From Candidatus Foliamicus sp. (GTDB lineage: Bacteria; Pseudomonadota; Gammaproteobacteria; Steroidobacterales; Foliamicaceae), in NCBI GenBank assembly GCA_965221325.1, contig OZ244880.1: a stretch of DNA of 64,000 nucleotides. One strand, written 5' to 3'. Positions 49,621 through 59,458 of the stretch are shown in pieces (position 1 is the stretch's first letter; each line of letters opens with the position of its first letter). A model generated the notes under the pieces. The model worked only from the letters and a program-made list of their open reading frames with translations. It did no database searches and had not been told where the DNA came from. The translations under genes and the position numbers were made by a program.

Positions 49621-50256
49621 CTAGTTGACCTCGGCGGTGAGCCAGCCGTCCGGTTGCCAGTTCGACACCCGCATGTCAACGCCCATGGCCTGCGCGTAGC
49701 CGAGCAGACGCGGGCGGGTCCAATTCTCGTGAATCCATTCCTCCGTGAGGTCGAATTGGCCGAGCTGGCGGCACTTTTCCAGGACGCGCCCGAAAGGTGA
49801 ACGCCAGCGGCGGGAGCCAGGGCTGGACTCGTTTTCCAGGCACAACTGATAGTGGCAAGCCGTGCGGTCGAAGATGCCGATGAGGGCGATTTCGCTTTGC
49901 CCGGATTTTTCCACCAAGCGCTTCATCATGTCGGTCAGAGGCTTCATGGTCTTGATATCGTGAGCCACGTATTCCTCCATCAGCCCATGGTCCTTGGCGA
50001 ACTGCATGGCCTGCAGGCGCGCCTTGATCAGCGCATCGTTGATCTCGTGCGCATACGGCTCCACGTTCTTGAGGGTCTTGAGTACAACCGCCACCGACTT
50101 GCCGAGATCGTCCTCCCGGCCCTCGACTCCGGTAAGCATGCCCGCGAAGGCATGTGGGGGCGGGCCACCCGCCACTCCAGGGGGCGGCCCTCCCGCCGCC
50201 GCGGGGCGACCCGCCGGGGCTGCTCCGTTGTCTTTGCGCAAAGCTTGAACGCTCAT
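49621..50256 (-). CDS. Hypothetical soluble protein, 211 aa, with a Pro/Gly-rich N-terminus
   Basis: ATG with GAGG 6 nt upstream. N-terminal AGGPPPGVAGGPPPHA low complexity, then a ~160-aa globular-looking region. No TM, no signal peptide and no motif I recognise. Confidence 0.65.
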   Translation of the reverse strand: MSVQALRKDNGAAPAGRPAAAGGPPPGVAGGPPPHAFAGMLTGVEGREDDLGKSVAVVLKTLKNVEPYAHEINDALIKARLQAMQFAKDHGLMEEYVAHDIKTMKPLTDMMKRLVEKSGQSEIALIGIFDRTACHYQLCLENESSPGSRRWRSPFGRVLEKCRQLGQFDLTEEWIHENWTRPRLLGYAQAMGVDMRVSNWQPDGWLTAEVN

Positions 50257-50293
50257 GGATTACCTCGCTGGGTGGGAATCTGGTAGGAAAACA

Positions 50294-51031
50294 TTATACG
50301 GAGCGCAATAGCTTCTCCACGCGGCGCAGGTCTTCGGGCGTATCGACTTCCGGCCCAGGGGGCGTCTCGGCGCAGGCCACCGAGACTTTCAAGCCTAGCC
50401 ACAGGGCCCGCAACTGCTCCAGCCCCTCGACCTGTTCCAGCTCGCATTGCGGCGCCGCGGCAAGCTGCTCCAGCACCGAGCGCCGGTAGGCATACAAGCC
50501 CGTGTGACGCAGATAGCGGGGCGCATGGCCGGCAACAGGATGCCTGGCCGGTATCGGCGCGCGGCTGAAGTAGAGCGCCTGCCCACCGGCGTCCAGTACC
50601 ACCTTGACCACGTTGGGGTCCTTGATCCGCTGCGTATCCGACAGTGGCGAGGCAAGTGTGGCAACGTCGCTTTCGAGAGCCCTTGCGGCAACGGCTTGAA
50701 TGTGCGCCGGTTCGACCAGCGGCGCGTCACCCTGCAGGTTCACCACCACTTCGTCCGGAAGCACTCCAAGAACCGCGACGGCTTCCGCCACCCGATCGGA
50801 ACCCGAAGCGTGATCGCCGGCCGTCAATACGGCATTACCGCCGAATTCGCGCACACAATCGGAAATCCTCTCGTCGTCGGTTGCAACCGTTACCGTCCTC
50901 GCCCCGGCTGCCTCGGCGCGCCTGTAAACGTGTTCGATCAGCGGGCGCCCCGCCAGCAGCCGCAGCGGCTTGCCCGGCAAGCGGCTGGAGGCATGGCGCG
51001 CGGGAATTACGATATGAAAGTCAGCACTCAT
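50294..51031 (-). CDS. kdsB: 3-deoxy-manno-octulosonate cytidylyltransferase
   Basis: VIPARHASSRLPGKPL N-terminal motif and a size of about 245 aa. Downstream of lpxK. Confidence 0.9.
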   Translation of the reverse strand: MSADFHIVIPARHASSRLPGKPLRLLAGRPLIEHVYRRAEAAGARTVTVATDDERISDCVREFGGNAVLTAGDHASGSDRVAEAVAVLGVLPDEVVVNLQGDAPLVEPAHIQAVAARALESDVATLASPLSDTQRIKDPNVVKVVLDAGGQALYFSRAPIPARHPVAGHAPRYLRHTGLYAYRRSVLEQLAAAPQCELEQVEGLEQLRALWLGLKVSVACAETPPGPEVDTPEDLRRVEKLLRSV

Positions 51032-51040
51032 TTGCGGAAC

Positions 51041-52027
51041 TCAGTCCAGCAGCGCGAGCACGCGCTCCATTATCTTTTCCGCGGACTGTTTGGAAATGAC
51101 CACTCGCGCAGGCGTCCACCATAGATCGCCATCGGAAACATCGCGGTACTTTACGGCGTCCTTGGCGGTCATCAACACGGGCATGCCGCGCGCAAGCAGC
51201 GGCGCCAGAGCCACGCGGCCATGATCGGGCGCCGGCACCGGCTCGATATCAAGGCCAGCTGCTTCCAGCGCCGCATGAAAGCGCTTCGGCGCCCCGATGC
51301 CGGCAAGCGCCAGGACCCTTCGGCCCGCGAATTCCCGCAAGGAACGCCGTCCGTGCCCGTTGAGCGGCAGTGCGTGATCGATTTGCAGTTCAAAGCGCAG
51401 CCCTCCAAAGGAATTGCCCGCACCTTGAACCAGCACCTCGTCCACTTCGCGCATACGCCGGGCAGGTTCGCGCAAGGGGCCGGCGGGTAGCAGCCGTCCA
51501 TTACCCAAGCCCCGCGCGCCGTCGATAACGCAGAACTCCAGATCGCGCGCCATCCGATAGTGCTGCAAACCATCATCCGACAGCACCACATCGGCGCCTT
51601 CCGCCACCGCCCGGCGCGCGGCGCGGGCACGGTCGATGCATACCCAAACCGCGCATCCACACTGCATGGCGAGCATCACGGGCTCATCGCCGACCTCGGC
51701 CGGATCGGAGTCTGCTGTCACCGGCACCGGCGCGGCCTGCCTGCGCCCGGCATAGCCGCGGCTCACGATGGCCGGCCGACGGCCAAGGCGCATCAATTGA
51801 TCGGCAAGCCACCCGACAATCGGGGTCTTGCCGGTTCCCCCCACGCTGATGTTGCCTATCACGACCACTGGCGAGCCGGCCCGCTCGGAATGCATCCAGC
51901 CCCTCCGGTAGAAGGCTCTGCGCAACGCTACCCCGGCGCCGAACAAGGTTGCCGCCGGCCATAGTGCGGCGCTGACCCAGCCGCGGCTTTCCCATGCGGC
52001 CGGCGGGCTAGCCCGCATGCGAAGCAT
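51041..52027 (-). CDS. lpxK: Tetraacyldisaccharide 4'-kinase
   Basis: GNISVGGTGKTP P-loop. N-terminus AAWESRGWVSAALWPAATLFG resembles the LpxK membrane anchor. Start is either ATG 52027 or 52018, both overlapping the msbA end. Confidence 0.85.
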   Translation of the reverse strand: MLRMRASPPAAWESRGWVSAALWPAATLFGAGVALRRAFYRRGWMHSERAGSPVVVIGNISVGGTGKTPIVGWLADQLMRLGRRPAIVSRGYAGRRQAAPVPVTADSDPAEVGDEPVMLAMQCGCAVWVCIDRARAARRAVAEGADVVLSDDGLQHYRMARDLEFCVIDGARGLGNGRLLPAGPLREPARRMREVDEVLVQGAGNSFGGLRFELQIDHALPLNGHGRRSLREFAGRRVLALAGIGAPKRFHAALEAAGLDIEPVPAPDHGRVALAPLLARGMPVLMTAKDAVKYRDVSDGDLWWTPARVVISKQSAEKIMERVLALLD

Positions 52028-53765
52028 TGCCGCGAAATTGCAGCCGGTAGAGACTGGCATAGTGCCCACCACGCGCCAGCAACTCGGCATGTGGACCGCT
52101 TTCCACGATGCGTCCCCTCTCCAGCACCACGATCCGGTCTGCATGCTCGATGGTGCTCAGGCGATGGGCGATAACAAGCGTGGTGCGGCCGCGCATCAGA
52201 CGGTCGAGGGCATCCTGCACGTGACTCTCGGAACGACTGTCCAGGGCCGAGGTAGCCTCGTCCAGGATCAGCACGGGAGCGTCTTTCAGGAGCGCCCGGG
52301 CAATGGCCACGCGCTGCCGCTCACCGCCCGAAAGACTGAGCCCGCCCTCTCCCACCAGGGCATTCAATCCCTCCGGACGCTCTGCGACAAACTCCATGAC
52401 ATGGGCGGCCCGGGCGGCCTCCTCGACCGCTTGCGGCGCCGCGCCCGCCAAGGCGCCGTAGGCGATGTTGTTGGCCAGAGTGTCGTTGAAAAGCACCACA
52501 TCCTGGGTAACCAACGCAATCTGTTCGCGCAGGGCCGGCAACGGCCATTGCCTGAGCGGGCAGCCGTCCAACAGCAATTCTCCCGAATCCGGCTCGAAAA
52601 ACCTTGGGATTAGGCTCACCAGCGTGGACTTGCCGCTGCCGGAGCGGCCGACAATCGCTACGCGCTGGCCGGGTTCGATATCAAGGCTGATATGCTGCAA
52701 GGCGGCGGGGCCGCCGGATTCGTAAGAAAACGATACATCGACGAATTGCAGGTGTCCTTTGGCGCGAGCGGACAAATCACTTCGCGGCGCGCGCGCAAGG
52801 TCGGATTCCACAGGGCTATCCAGCAAGCCGAAAACGGAGGTGGCGGCGGCCAGGCCCCGCTGCAGCGCAGCGTTCACGTTGGTCAGGTGCTTGAGCGGCG
52901 TCATAAGCAACAGCATCGCGGCCATGAAGCCGGTGAAATTTCCGATCTCAAGCCCGTCCGCAGCCGAATACCGGGCCACGAACCAGGCTACCGAGGCTAC
53001 TCCCACGGCGGCCAGCAGCATCGTCAACCCATCGCCGCCGGCTCGCGCCATGATCAGCTTCAAGTGCAGGCGCCTGTTGCTCCGGTTGGCTTCAGCAAAG
53101 CGTTCGCCTTCCCGCAACGCACCCCCGAAAACCTTGATGATGCGATGACCGCGCAAGGCCTCGTCGGTAATCCGCGACACCTCGCCCATGTTTTCCTGGA
53201 TGCGGGTGCTGTAGCGCCTGAAGTGCTTCGAAAGAACACGCGCAGTAAGTGCGATCAGCGGCGCGGCCACGAACACCACCGCAGAAAGGCGAGGGCTCGC
53301 ATACACCATAAAGGCCACCAGCCCCGCAACGGTAAGGCTGTCCCGAACAATGGTCGTGATCACGGTGGAAGCGGCGTCGGCAACCTGTTCGGCATCGTAG
53401 AGCATGCGCGACAGCAGTTCCGCTCGCGGAAGCTGCTCGACGCTGCGCACCGGCATGTGAAGAAACCGTTCGAACAGCAGTTCGCGCATCCGTCCCACCA
53501 CCGCGCGACCGATCCGCCCAAGCTGATACGCAGAAACAAAGCCTGAAATCCCACGCACCAGGAACAATCCCAACACCGCCAAGGGCAACCACCCTTCCTG
53601 CGCCGGCGCCTCGCTGTCCAGCAACTCGGTGAGGCGCTTCACGGCAAAAGCAAACCCGGTTTCGGTGGCGGCAAACACGGCCATGGCAACAGCCGCAAAC
53701 AGGAAGCCGCGCCAATGGCCACGGGTCAGCGCCGCGAGACGTCGCATTGGAGAATCGGGCCGCAT
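52008..53765 (-). CDS. msbA: Lipid A export ABC transporter MsbA (fused permease/ATPase)
   Basis: Six-TM N-terminal half, Walker A GRSGSGKST, signature LSGGERQR. Sits upstream of lpxK-kdsB. Confidence 0.9.
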   Translation of the reverse strand: MRPDSPMRRLAALTRGHWRGFLFAAVAMAVFAATETGFAFAVKRLTELLDSEAPAQEGWLPLAVLGLFLVRGISGFVSAYQLGRIGRAVVGRMRELLFERFLHMPVRSVEQLPRAELLSRMLYDAEQVADAASTVITTIVRDSLTVAGLVAFMVYASPRLSAVVFVAAPLIALTARVLSKHFRRYSTRIQENMGEVSRITDEALRGHRIIKVFGGALREGERFAEANRSNRRLHLKLIMARAGGDGLTMLLAAVGVASVAWFVARYSAADGLEIGNFTGFMAAMLLLMTPLKHLTNVNAALQRGLAAATSVFGLLDSPVESDLARAPRSDLSARAKGHLQFVDVSFSYESGGPAALQHISLDIEPGQRVAIVGRSGSGKSTLVSLIPRFFEPDSGELLLDGCPLRQWPLPALREQIALVTQDVVLFNDTLANNIAYGALAGAAPQAVEEAARAAHVMEFVAERPEGLNALVGEGGLSLSGGERQRVAIARALLKDAPVLILDEATSALDSRSESHVQDALDRLMRGRTTLVIAHRLSTIEHADRIVVLERGRIVESGPHAELLARGGHYASLYRLQFRGNASHAG

Positions 53766-53774
53766 ACTTCGAGT

Positions 53775-56132
53775 TTACCTGCCTGTGGACAAATCGTCGG
53801 CTTCGGCCTCCGGTGGCGGAAACGTCCACAGCCGCGCACGGCCGCGGCGCCATTCGGTGGCCAACTCGAGGTCGCCGCCGCGCCGCACCGCAAACTGCAA
53901 GGCGCCTGCATCCCCCGTGCTCCATTGCCGCGCACCCGCAGCCGCCCAGCGAGACGACACGCTCGGGCGCGGAAATCCCCAGCGGTTGAAGAAGCCGTTG
54001 GAGTGCACCACGAAGCGCGGGCGGGTCTCCGCCACGAACGCGGCCGATGACGAACTGGCGCTGCCATGGTGGGGCGAAAGCAGCAGGTCGAATGGTCCCG
54101 AAAAAGAGGATGCCAGTAAGCGGCGTTCGCCGGCGGACTCCAAATCGCCGGGAAGCAGTATGCGCGCGCGCGCGGTTTCCACTTCGAGAACGCAGGACGC
54201 ATTATTTCCGCTTGTTGCTGCGCCGCGGTCGGGACTCAACACGCGAAATCGCGCCTGGTCCACCTCCCAGCTCAGGCCCGTTTCGCAGCGCCGATAATGT
54301 TGTGCCGATAGACCATACCGGTCCGGCGCGATCAGTTCGGCTTGCGGATGCGCTGCAAGCACGCTGGCCGCGCCACCGGAATGATCGGTATCGCCGTGCG
54401 AGATCACCATCGCATGTAGCCGCCGCACGCCCAGGCGGGCCATCGCCGGCACCACCACGCTGCCGCCCGCGTCACTGGATGCGTAGCGGGGTCCCGCGTC
54501 GTAGAGAAGGTTGTAGCCCGGCGTCTGCACGAGCACGGCAAGGCCCTGCCCGACATCCAGCACGGTGACGGCGAGCTCGGGCTGGTGTGGACCTCGCTCC
54601 AGCCCCAGTGCTACTGGAAGCATGAGCATGGGCGCCGCCCACCGCAGCGGCGCAGGACGCGGCGCCAGCAGCCAGGCGATCCCGACCGCGGCCAGCAGCA
54701 TCGGAAGCAGGCCGAACTCCGGCGGTGTCCAGGCAGCCAGTTCAAGACCGGCAAGTTTTCCAAGAATGGACATCACGCCATCAAGCAGATTCGCACCTTG
54801 GGTCAGCAAGAAAATACCGACGGGCGGCCAAACTAGCGCGAGCAGCAACGAACCCAGAAGCCCCGGAACAATCAGCAGCGAAAACAGAGGAATGGCGGCC
54901 AGATTGGCGGCCGCGCCCAGTAACGAGACCTCGCCAAAGAACACCAGCAGCAGCGGAACCAGCCCCAGACTGATTCGCCACTGAGCCAAGGCCAGGCGGC
55001 GCGTCCATGCCGAGGCCGCGCCCATTCTTGTTTCGCCCGCCCGGCGCGCCGTCTCGCGGGCGTCGAGGATGCCTAGCGCAAGCAATGCAACAGCGCCGAA
55101 GCTCAACCAGAAGCCGGCCGAAAGCACGGCAAAAGGATCGGGGGCCAACACCACCAGAAGTGCAGCCCCCAAAGCCGCGGAAAATCCTCCGTGGCGACGC
55201 AACTGCGCAAGGATCAGCACTGCGGAAATCATCGCCAGACTGCGCACCGTGGACACCGCGAAGCCAGCCAGAGCAGCATAGGAAGAGGCAGCAAGAAAGG
55301 CGGTCACGGCAGCGAGGTGTCCGGGCTTGAAACGGCGAAAAAAGCGCTGCACGACACGCCCGGCACCCGCGCCCAACAGCCAGGCAAAGCCGGCCACCAC
55401 GCCCACATGCAGCCCGGAAATTGCGAACAGATGTGCGGTGCCCGCGCGGCGCAGCGTTTCCCAGTCGTCATTGCCGAACCGATGCCTCGCCCCGGTGGCG
55501 AGAGCAATCACGAACTTGAGCCCCGGACTCTCCGCAAGCCAGGATTCCAGCTTGTCCACCAGAGCCACGCGGAAGCACAGTAGCTTGGGGCCGCTTTCGC
55601 AGCCTGCCAATCGGCGTGGCGGAAACTCATCGCGCACATAACCGGTGGCGCTGATGTTCTCGCGAAACGCCCAGCGCTCGAAATCGAAGCCTCCGGGATT
55701 TTGCAGCCCCCGCGGAGCGCGCAAACGTGCCTTTAGCTGCCAGGTTTCGCCCGCCGCAGGCGGTGCATGGCAGTCGTACCAGCTCAATTGCACCCGCCTG
55801 AGTGGCGGGCCGCTATCCTCGATGTCGGTGAGCCGGAATCGGAAGCGACAGATGCCGGCGCTGACGCGCGGGAAGTCCTCGATTACCCCCGTCACGATGC
55901 GGTCCACGCGGCCCGCACCATCGGGCATGCGCTGCTGCAGTCGCGCTTCGGCGAGTACCAGGGATACCGCCGCGGACAGCAGCGCAACCCCGAGCAGTAA
56001 AGCCCGCATGCGCCAGGCGAGGAGCGCCCCAAGCGCAAGCAGCCCGGCAAACAGAGGCAAGTCCGGGGGCGGGGGCAGCGCCAGGAACGCAAGACATACC
56101 CCTGCGAGCCATGCGATGCCCAGCGGAAGCAT
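53775..56132 (-). CDS. comEC: DNA internalization-related competence protein ComEC/Rec2
   Basis: Multi-TM competence domain plus a C-terminal metallo-beta-lactamase domain (ISHGDTDHSGG). Confidence 0.85.
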   Translation of the reverse strand: MLPLGIAWLAGVCLAFLALPPPPDLPLFAGLLALGALLAWRMRALLLGVALLSAAVSLVLAEARLQQRMPDGAGRVDRIVTGVIEDFPRVSAGICRFRFRLTDIEDSGPPLRRVQLSWYDCHAPPAAGETWQLKARLRAPRGLQNPGGFDFERWAFRENISATGYVRDEFPPRRLAGCESGPKLLCFRVALVDKLESWLAESPGLKFVIALATGARHRFGNDDWETLRRAGTAHLFAISGLHVGVVAGFAWLLGAGAGRVVQRFFRRFKPGHLAAVTAFLAASSYAALAGFAVSTVRSLAMISAVLILAQLRRHGGFSAALGAALLVVLAPDPFAVLSAGFWLSFGAVALLALGILDARETARRAGETRMGAASAWTRRLALAQWRISLGLVPLLLVFFGEVSLLGAAANLAAIPLFSLLIVPGLLGSLLLALVWPPVGIFLLTQGANLLDGVMSILGKLAGLELAAWTPPEFGLLPMLLAAVGIAWLLAPRPAPLRWAAPMLMLPVALGLERGPHQPELAVTVLDVGQGLAVLVQTPGYNLLYDAGPRYASSDAGGSVVVPAMARLGVRRLHAMVISHGDTDHSGGAASVLAAHPQAELIAPDRYGLSAQHYRRCETGLSWEVDQARFRVLSPDRGAATSGNNASCVLEVETARARILLPGDLESAGERRLLASSFSGPFDLLLSPHHGSASSSSAAFVAETRPRFVVHSNGFFNRWGFPRPSVSSRWAAAGARQWSTGDAGALQFAVRRGGDLELATEWRRGRARLWTFPPPEAEADDLSTGR

Positions 56133-56178
56133 TAGGCGCCGCGCTCAGCAACCTGACGCCGTCTAATCCGTCAGGAAT

Positions 56179-56901
56179 TCAGCGACCGGCGGAAGCGAGC
56201 AAACCGTCGCGCAAGGCGAGAACCCGGTCCATGCGCCGAGCGCGGGCGAGATCGTGGGTCACCACAACCAAGGCCGCCCCAGTGTTGCGGTTGAGTTGCA
56301 GCAGCAGGTCGAACACTTGCTCGCCCGATTCCGGATCCAGGTTGCCCGTAGGCTCGTCGGCGAGAACTATGGAAGGGCGCGTAATCAGGGCGCGGGCAAC
56401 GGCAACGCGCTGGCGTTCGCCCCCCGAAAGCTTGGCCGGACGATGTTCCAGGCGCTCCTCCAAGCCCACCTTCCCAAGCAATTCGCGCGCGGCGCTCATC
56501 GCCTCCTCGGTGGGCGAGCGGCGGATCAGCAGCGGCATCGCCACGTTCTCCATGGCGGTGAATTCGGGCAAAAGATGGTGAAACTGATACACGAAGCCGA
56601 TATTGCGATTTCGCTCCATGCCGCGTACCGCCGGCCGCATGGCGCTGAAATTCCGGCCCTTTAGCGCTACCCAGCCGCGAGTGGGCGTGTCCAGACCGCC
56701 CAACAATTGCAACAGGGTGGTCTTGCCGCAGCCCGAGGCGCCAACCACAGCTACCCGTTCACCCCGCGCAATGGCGAAATCCACTCCGCGCAACACCTCC
56801 AGCACTCTCCCTTGCTCGCGGAAATGCCGAACCAGCCCGTGACAGGACAGGGGTGGCGCGTCAACAGCCGATCCGGAGCGATTCACGAGCTTCTCCTTCA
56901 A
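56179..56901 (-). CDS. lolD: Lipoprotein-releasing system ATP-binding protein LolD
   Basis: GASGCGKTTLL, LSGGERQRVAVARAL. Overlaps (ATGA-type) the end of the upstream FtsX-family permease gene. Confidence 0.9.
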   Translation of the reverse strand: MKEKLVNRSGSAVDAPPLSCHGLVRHFREQGRVLEVLRGVDFAIARGERVAVVGASGCGKTTLLQLLGGLDTPTRGWVALKGRNFSAMRPAVRGMERNRNIGFVYQFHHLLPEFTAMENVAMPLLIRRSPTEEAMSAARELLGKVGLEERLEHRPAKLSGGERQRVAVARALITRPSIVLADEPTGNLDPESGEQVFDLLLQLNRNTGAALVVVTHDLARARRMDRVLALRDGLLASAGR

Positions 56902-58160
56902 TCCATGCGGGTGGCTTGGGCGGGATCCGTGCGCGCTGCGCGCAGAGCCGGATACAAGGTCGCGCCCAGAGACAGCAGCAGCGCCATGGCGCTCACGGCA
57001 ACGATCTCGGGAATCACGATCCGGCTCGGAAATTCATCCAGACGATAGCCCGGGCTGACCAGCGTAGTGTGCAGGAACTGCTCCACCGCCGAGGCGAGCG
57101 GCCCGGCCCAGAACGCCAGCGGAAGCCCCACCGCAAGGCCGAGCGCAACGCCCATTGTTCCCGCGAGACCGCCATGCGCGGCGAATACGGTCATTACCGA
57201 CCGGGGCGTTGAACCGAGGGTCCTCAGGATGCCGATATCGGGTGTTTTCTCGCGCACAATCATCACCAGGCTGGACACGATGTTGAAGGCGGCAATCGCC
57301 GCCAGCAGCGACAGGATAATAATGGTGACACGCTTGGTCATGGCGATGGAATAGAAAAAGTTGGCGTGTTCCCATGTCCAATAGCGCGCAAACAGTTGTT
57401 CGGCCCGTTCGCCCGCAATTTCGGGAAGCGCGCTTTCGACCTGCCAGGGGTCTTCGAGCATGACGCGCAGGCCGCTGGCTTCAGCGCCCAGGCCGAACAG
57501 GCGGCGCGCGTCCTCGTAATGCACCCAGGCCAGCGCGCTGTCGAAATCGTTCATGCCGGCGTGGAATACACCCGCCACCTCAAGGCGCCGCATACGGGGC
57601 GCAACTCCAGCCGGTGTGCTCCATCCCTGCGCCAGCATCAGCAGAACGTCATCGCCGGCGCCTACACCCAGGCGCTCGGCCAGCGCGCTGCCCAGCACGA
57701 TCCGCCAAGAGCGGGCCTGCAACGACGCAAGGGCATCGCCGACGGCCAGACCGCCCAGTGCCCGGAATGCAGGTTCGTCGGGCTCGAAACCAAGCAACTG
57801 CACACCGGCAACGGCGTCCGTTACCGACAGGACACCCTGACCCTCTATGTAGGGCGCCGCTGATTCGACTCGCGGGTCAGCCAGCGCGAACTCGCGAAGT
57901 TCCTGCCAATCCGAAAGCTGCCCGGTCGGCCCGAGATAGCTCCCGTGCGCCACCACGTTCAGAATCCGCTCGCGCACCACCTGGTCGAAGCCGTTCATGA
58001 CCGACAGGACCACGACCAGAAGCGCAACCGCAACCGCCACGCCCAGCATCGAGAGTAGCGAAACAAGGGAAACGAACCCCCCTTGGCGGCGCGCCCGCAG
58101 TTGCGCCGAAGACATCCACAATTCGAAAAACCGCACGCTGTTACTCGTAGCGCAGGACAC
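56898..58160 (-). CDS. lolE: Lipoprotein-releasing system permease (LolC/LolE family), second copy
   Basis: N-terminus SAQLRARRQGGFVSLVSLLSMLGVAVAVALLVVVLSVMNGFDQ, a MacB-like periplasmic domain and an FtsX C-terminal bundle. An alternative GTG start at 58136 avoids the overlap. Confidence 0.8.
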   Translation of the reverse strand: MSCATSNSVRFFELWMSSAQLRARRQGGFVSLVSLLSMLGVAVAVALLVVVLSVMNGFDQVVRERILNVVAHGSYLGPTGQLSDWQELREFALADPRVESAAPYIEGQGVLSVTDAVAGVQLLGFEPDEPAFRALGGLAVGDALASLQARSWRIVLGSALAERLGVGAGDDVLLMLAQGWSTPAGVAPRMRRLEVAGVFHAGMNDFDSALAWVHYEDARRLFGLGAEASGLRVMLEDPWQVESALPEIAGERAEQLFARYWTWEHANFFYSIAMTKRVTIIILSLLAAIAAFNIVSSLVMIVREKTPDIGILRTLGSTPRSVMTVFAAHGGLAGTMGVALGLAVGLPLAFWAGPLASAVEQFLHTTLVSPGYRLDEFPSRIVIPEIVAVSAMALLLSLGATLYPALRAARTDPAQATRMD

Positions 58161-59382
58161 TGGCCGGATCGACCTGCGCCGCGCGGCGGGCCGGATACCA
58201 GCTGGCCAGAGCGGAAAGCAGCAAGCCCAGGATAATGACCGAAAACACCAGCGACGCGGACAGTTCCGAGGGCACCTCGGTCAGGTAGTAGGCTTCCGCC
58301 GGCAGGAACTCGAAGCCCAGCAGTCCTTCGAGAAAGCGCATGGCGGGATCCACGTTGCGGGCCAGCCACACGCCCAGTGCACCGCCGAGCGACACGCCGA
58401 CAAGCCCCGCCAATAGGCCCTGCAGGCAGAAAATCGACATGATCGCCGGAGGACGCGCACCCAGGGTGGCGAGTATGGCGATCTCCCCACGGCGTTCATT
58501 GACCGACATCACCAGCGTGGCCAGGATATTGAACACCGCGACCGCGATAATCGCGGCCAGCAGCGCGGCCATCGCGGCGCGTTCAAGCTGTACGGTGCGG
58601 AACAAGGCTTCGTGCTCGCTCATCCACGAGCGCGCGGCCAGACCCAGCCTGTTCGCCAACGCGGACGATGCAGCCCAGGATTCGACCTCGGCGGGCGTGG
58701 CATAGGGATCCTTGCCCCGCACCTCCAGGGCGCTTATGCGGCCTTGCATGCCCGCCAGCTCCGACACCTTGCGCAGGCTTGCCAGGGCCAGGCTGCTATC
58801 GGGACCCGCCACGCCCGCCAGAAATATCGCCCGCACCACCTCATCGCTGAGCCGCGGACTTCGGCCGCCCGGCCTGGGCACCAACACGCGCACGCGGTCA
58901 CCCACGTCCACGCCCAAGGTCCAGGCCAGGTGCCGTCCCAGCGCAAGGCCGCCGTCTTCCGTATGGAGTTCATCCAGAGACCCTGCGATCAGGTTGCCTG
59001 ACAGGCGCGCCGTTTGCCCTTCCGATCCGGCCGCCATTCCCACCAGCCGCACAGCGGCAAACCGCCGTTGCGAGGAAAGCAATCCTTCCAACTCCACAAC
59101 CGGCGTTACGCTATCGACGCTGGGCAGCGCCGCTACTTCCGCAGCTACTTCACGCCAGTCCTCGCCGAGCTCAGCCACTAGCTTGACCTGGGCGTCGAAT
59201 CGCAGCAGCCGATCACGCAGTTCGGAGCGAAAACCGTCCATGACCGAAATAACCACGATCAGTGCCGCAACGCCAAGCACCATTCCCACCACTGAAGCCA
59301 AACCGATAAAGGAAATGAACCGGTTGCGCGTGGGCGCACGGAGATAGCGCCAGGCTATGGCGAGGGGCAACGGCCGGAGCAT
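58141..59382 (-). CDS. lolC: Lipoprotein-releasing system permease (LolC/LolE family), first copy
   Basis: Trimmed to MLRPLPLAIAWRYLRAPTRNRFISFIGLASVVGMVLGVAAL (SD GGGAGAA). FtsX-type C-terminus. Confidence 0.85.
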   Translation of the reverse strand: MLRPLPLAIAWRYLRAPTRNRFISFIGLASVVGMVLGVAALIVVISVMDGFRSELRDRLLRFDAQVKLVAELGEDWREVAAEVAALPSVDSVTPVVELEGLLSSQRRFAAVRLVGMAAGSEGQTARLSGNLIAGSLDELHTEDGGLALGRHLAWTLGVDVGDRVRVLVPRPGGRSPRLSDEVVRAIFLAGVAGPDSSLALASLRKVSELAGMQGRISALEVRGKDPYATPAEVESWAASSALANRLGLAARSWMSEHEALFRTVQLERAAMAALLAAIIAVAVFNILATLVMSVNERRGEIAILATLGARPPAIMSIFCLQGLLAGLVGVSLGGALGVWLARNVDPAMRFLEGLLGFEFLPAEAYYLTEVPSELSASLVFSVIILGLLLSALASWYPARRAAQVDPASVLRYE

Positions 59383-59458
59383 GCTGCAATTCTCCCACAT
59401 CGCGATTCTCGAACCGCAGTTGGCCGCTGGCGCCCGGAATTGCGCAATCGGGCGAGAC

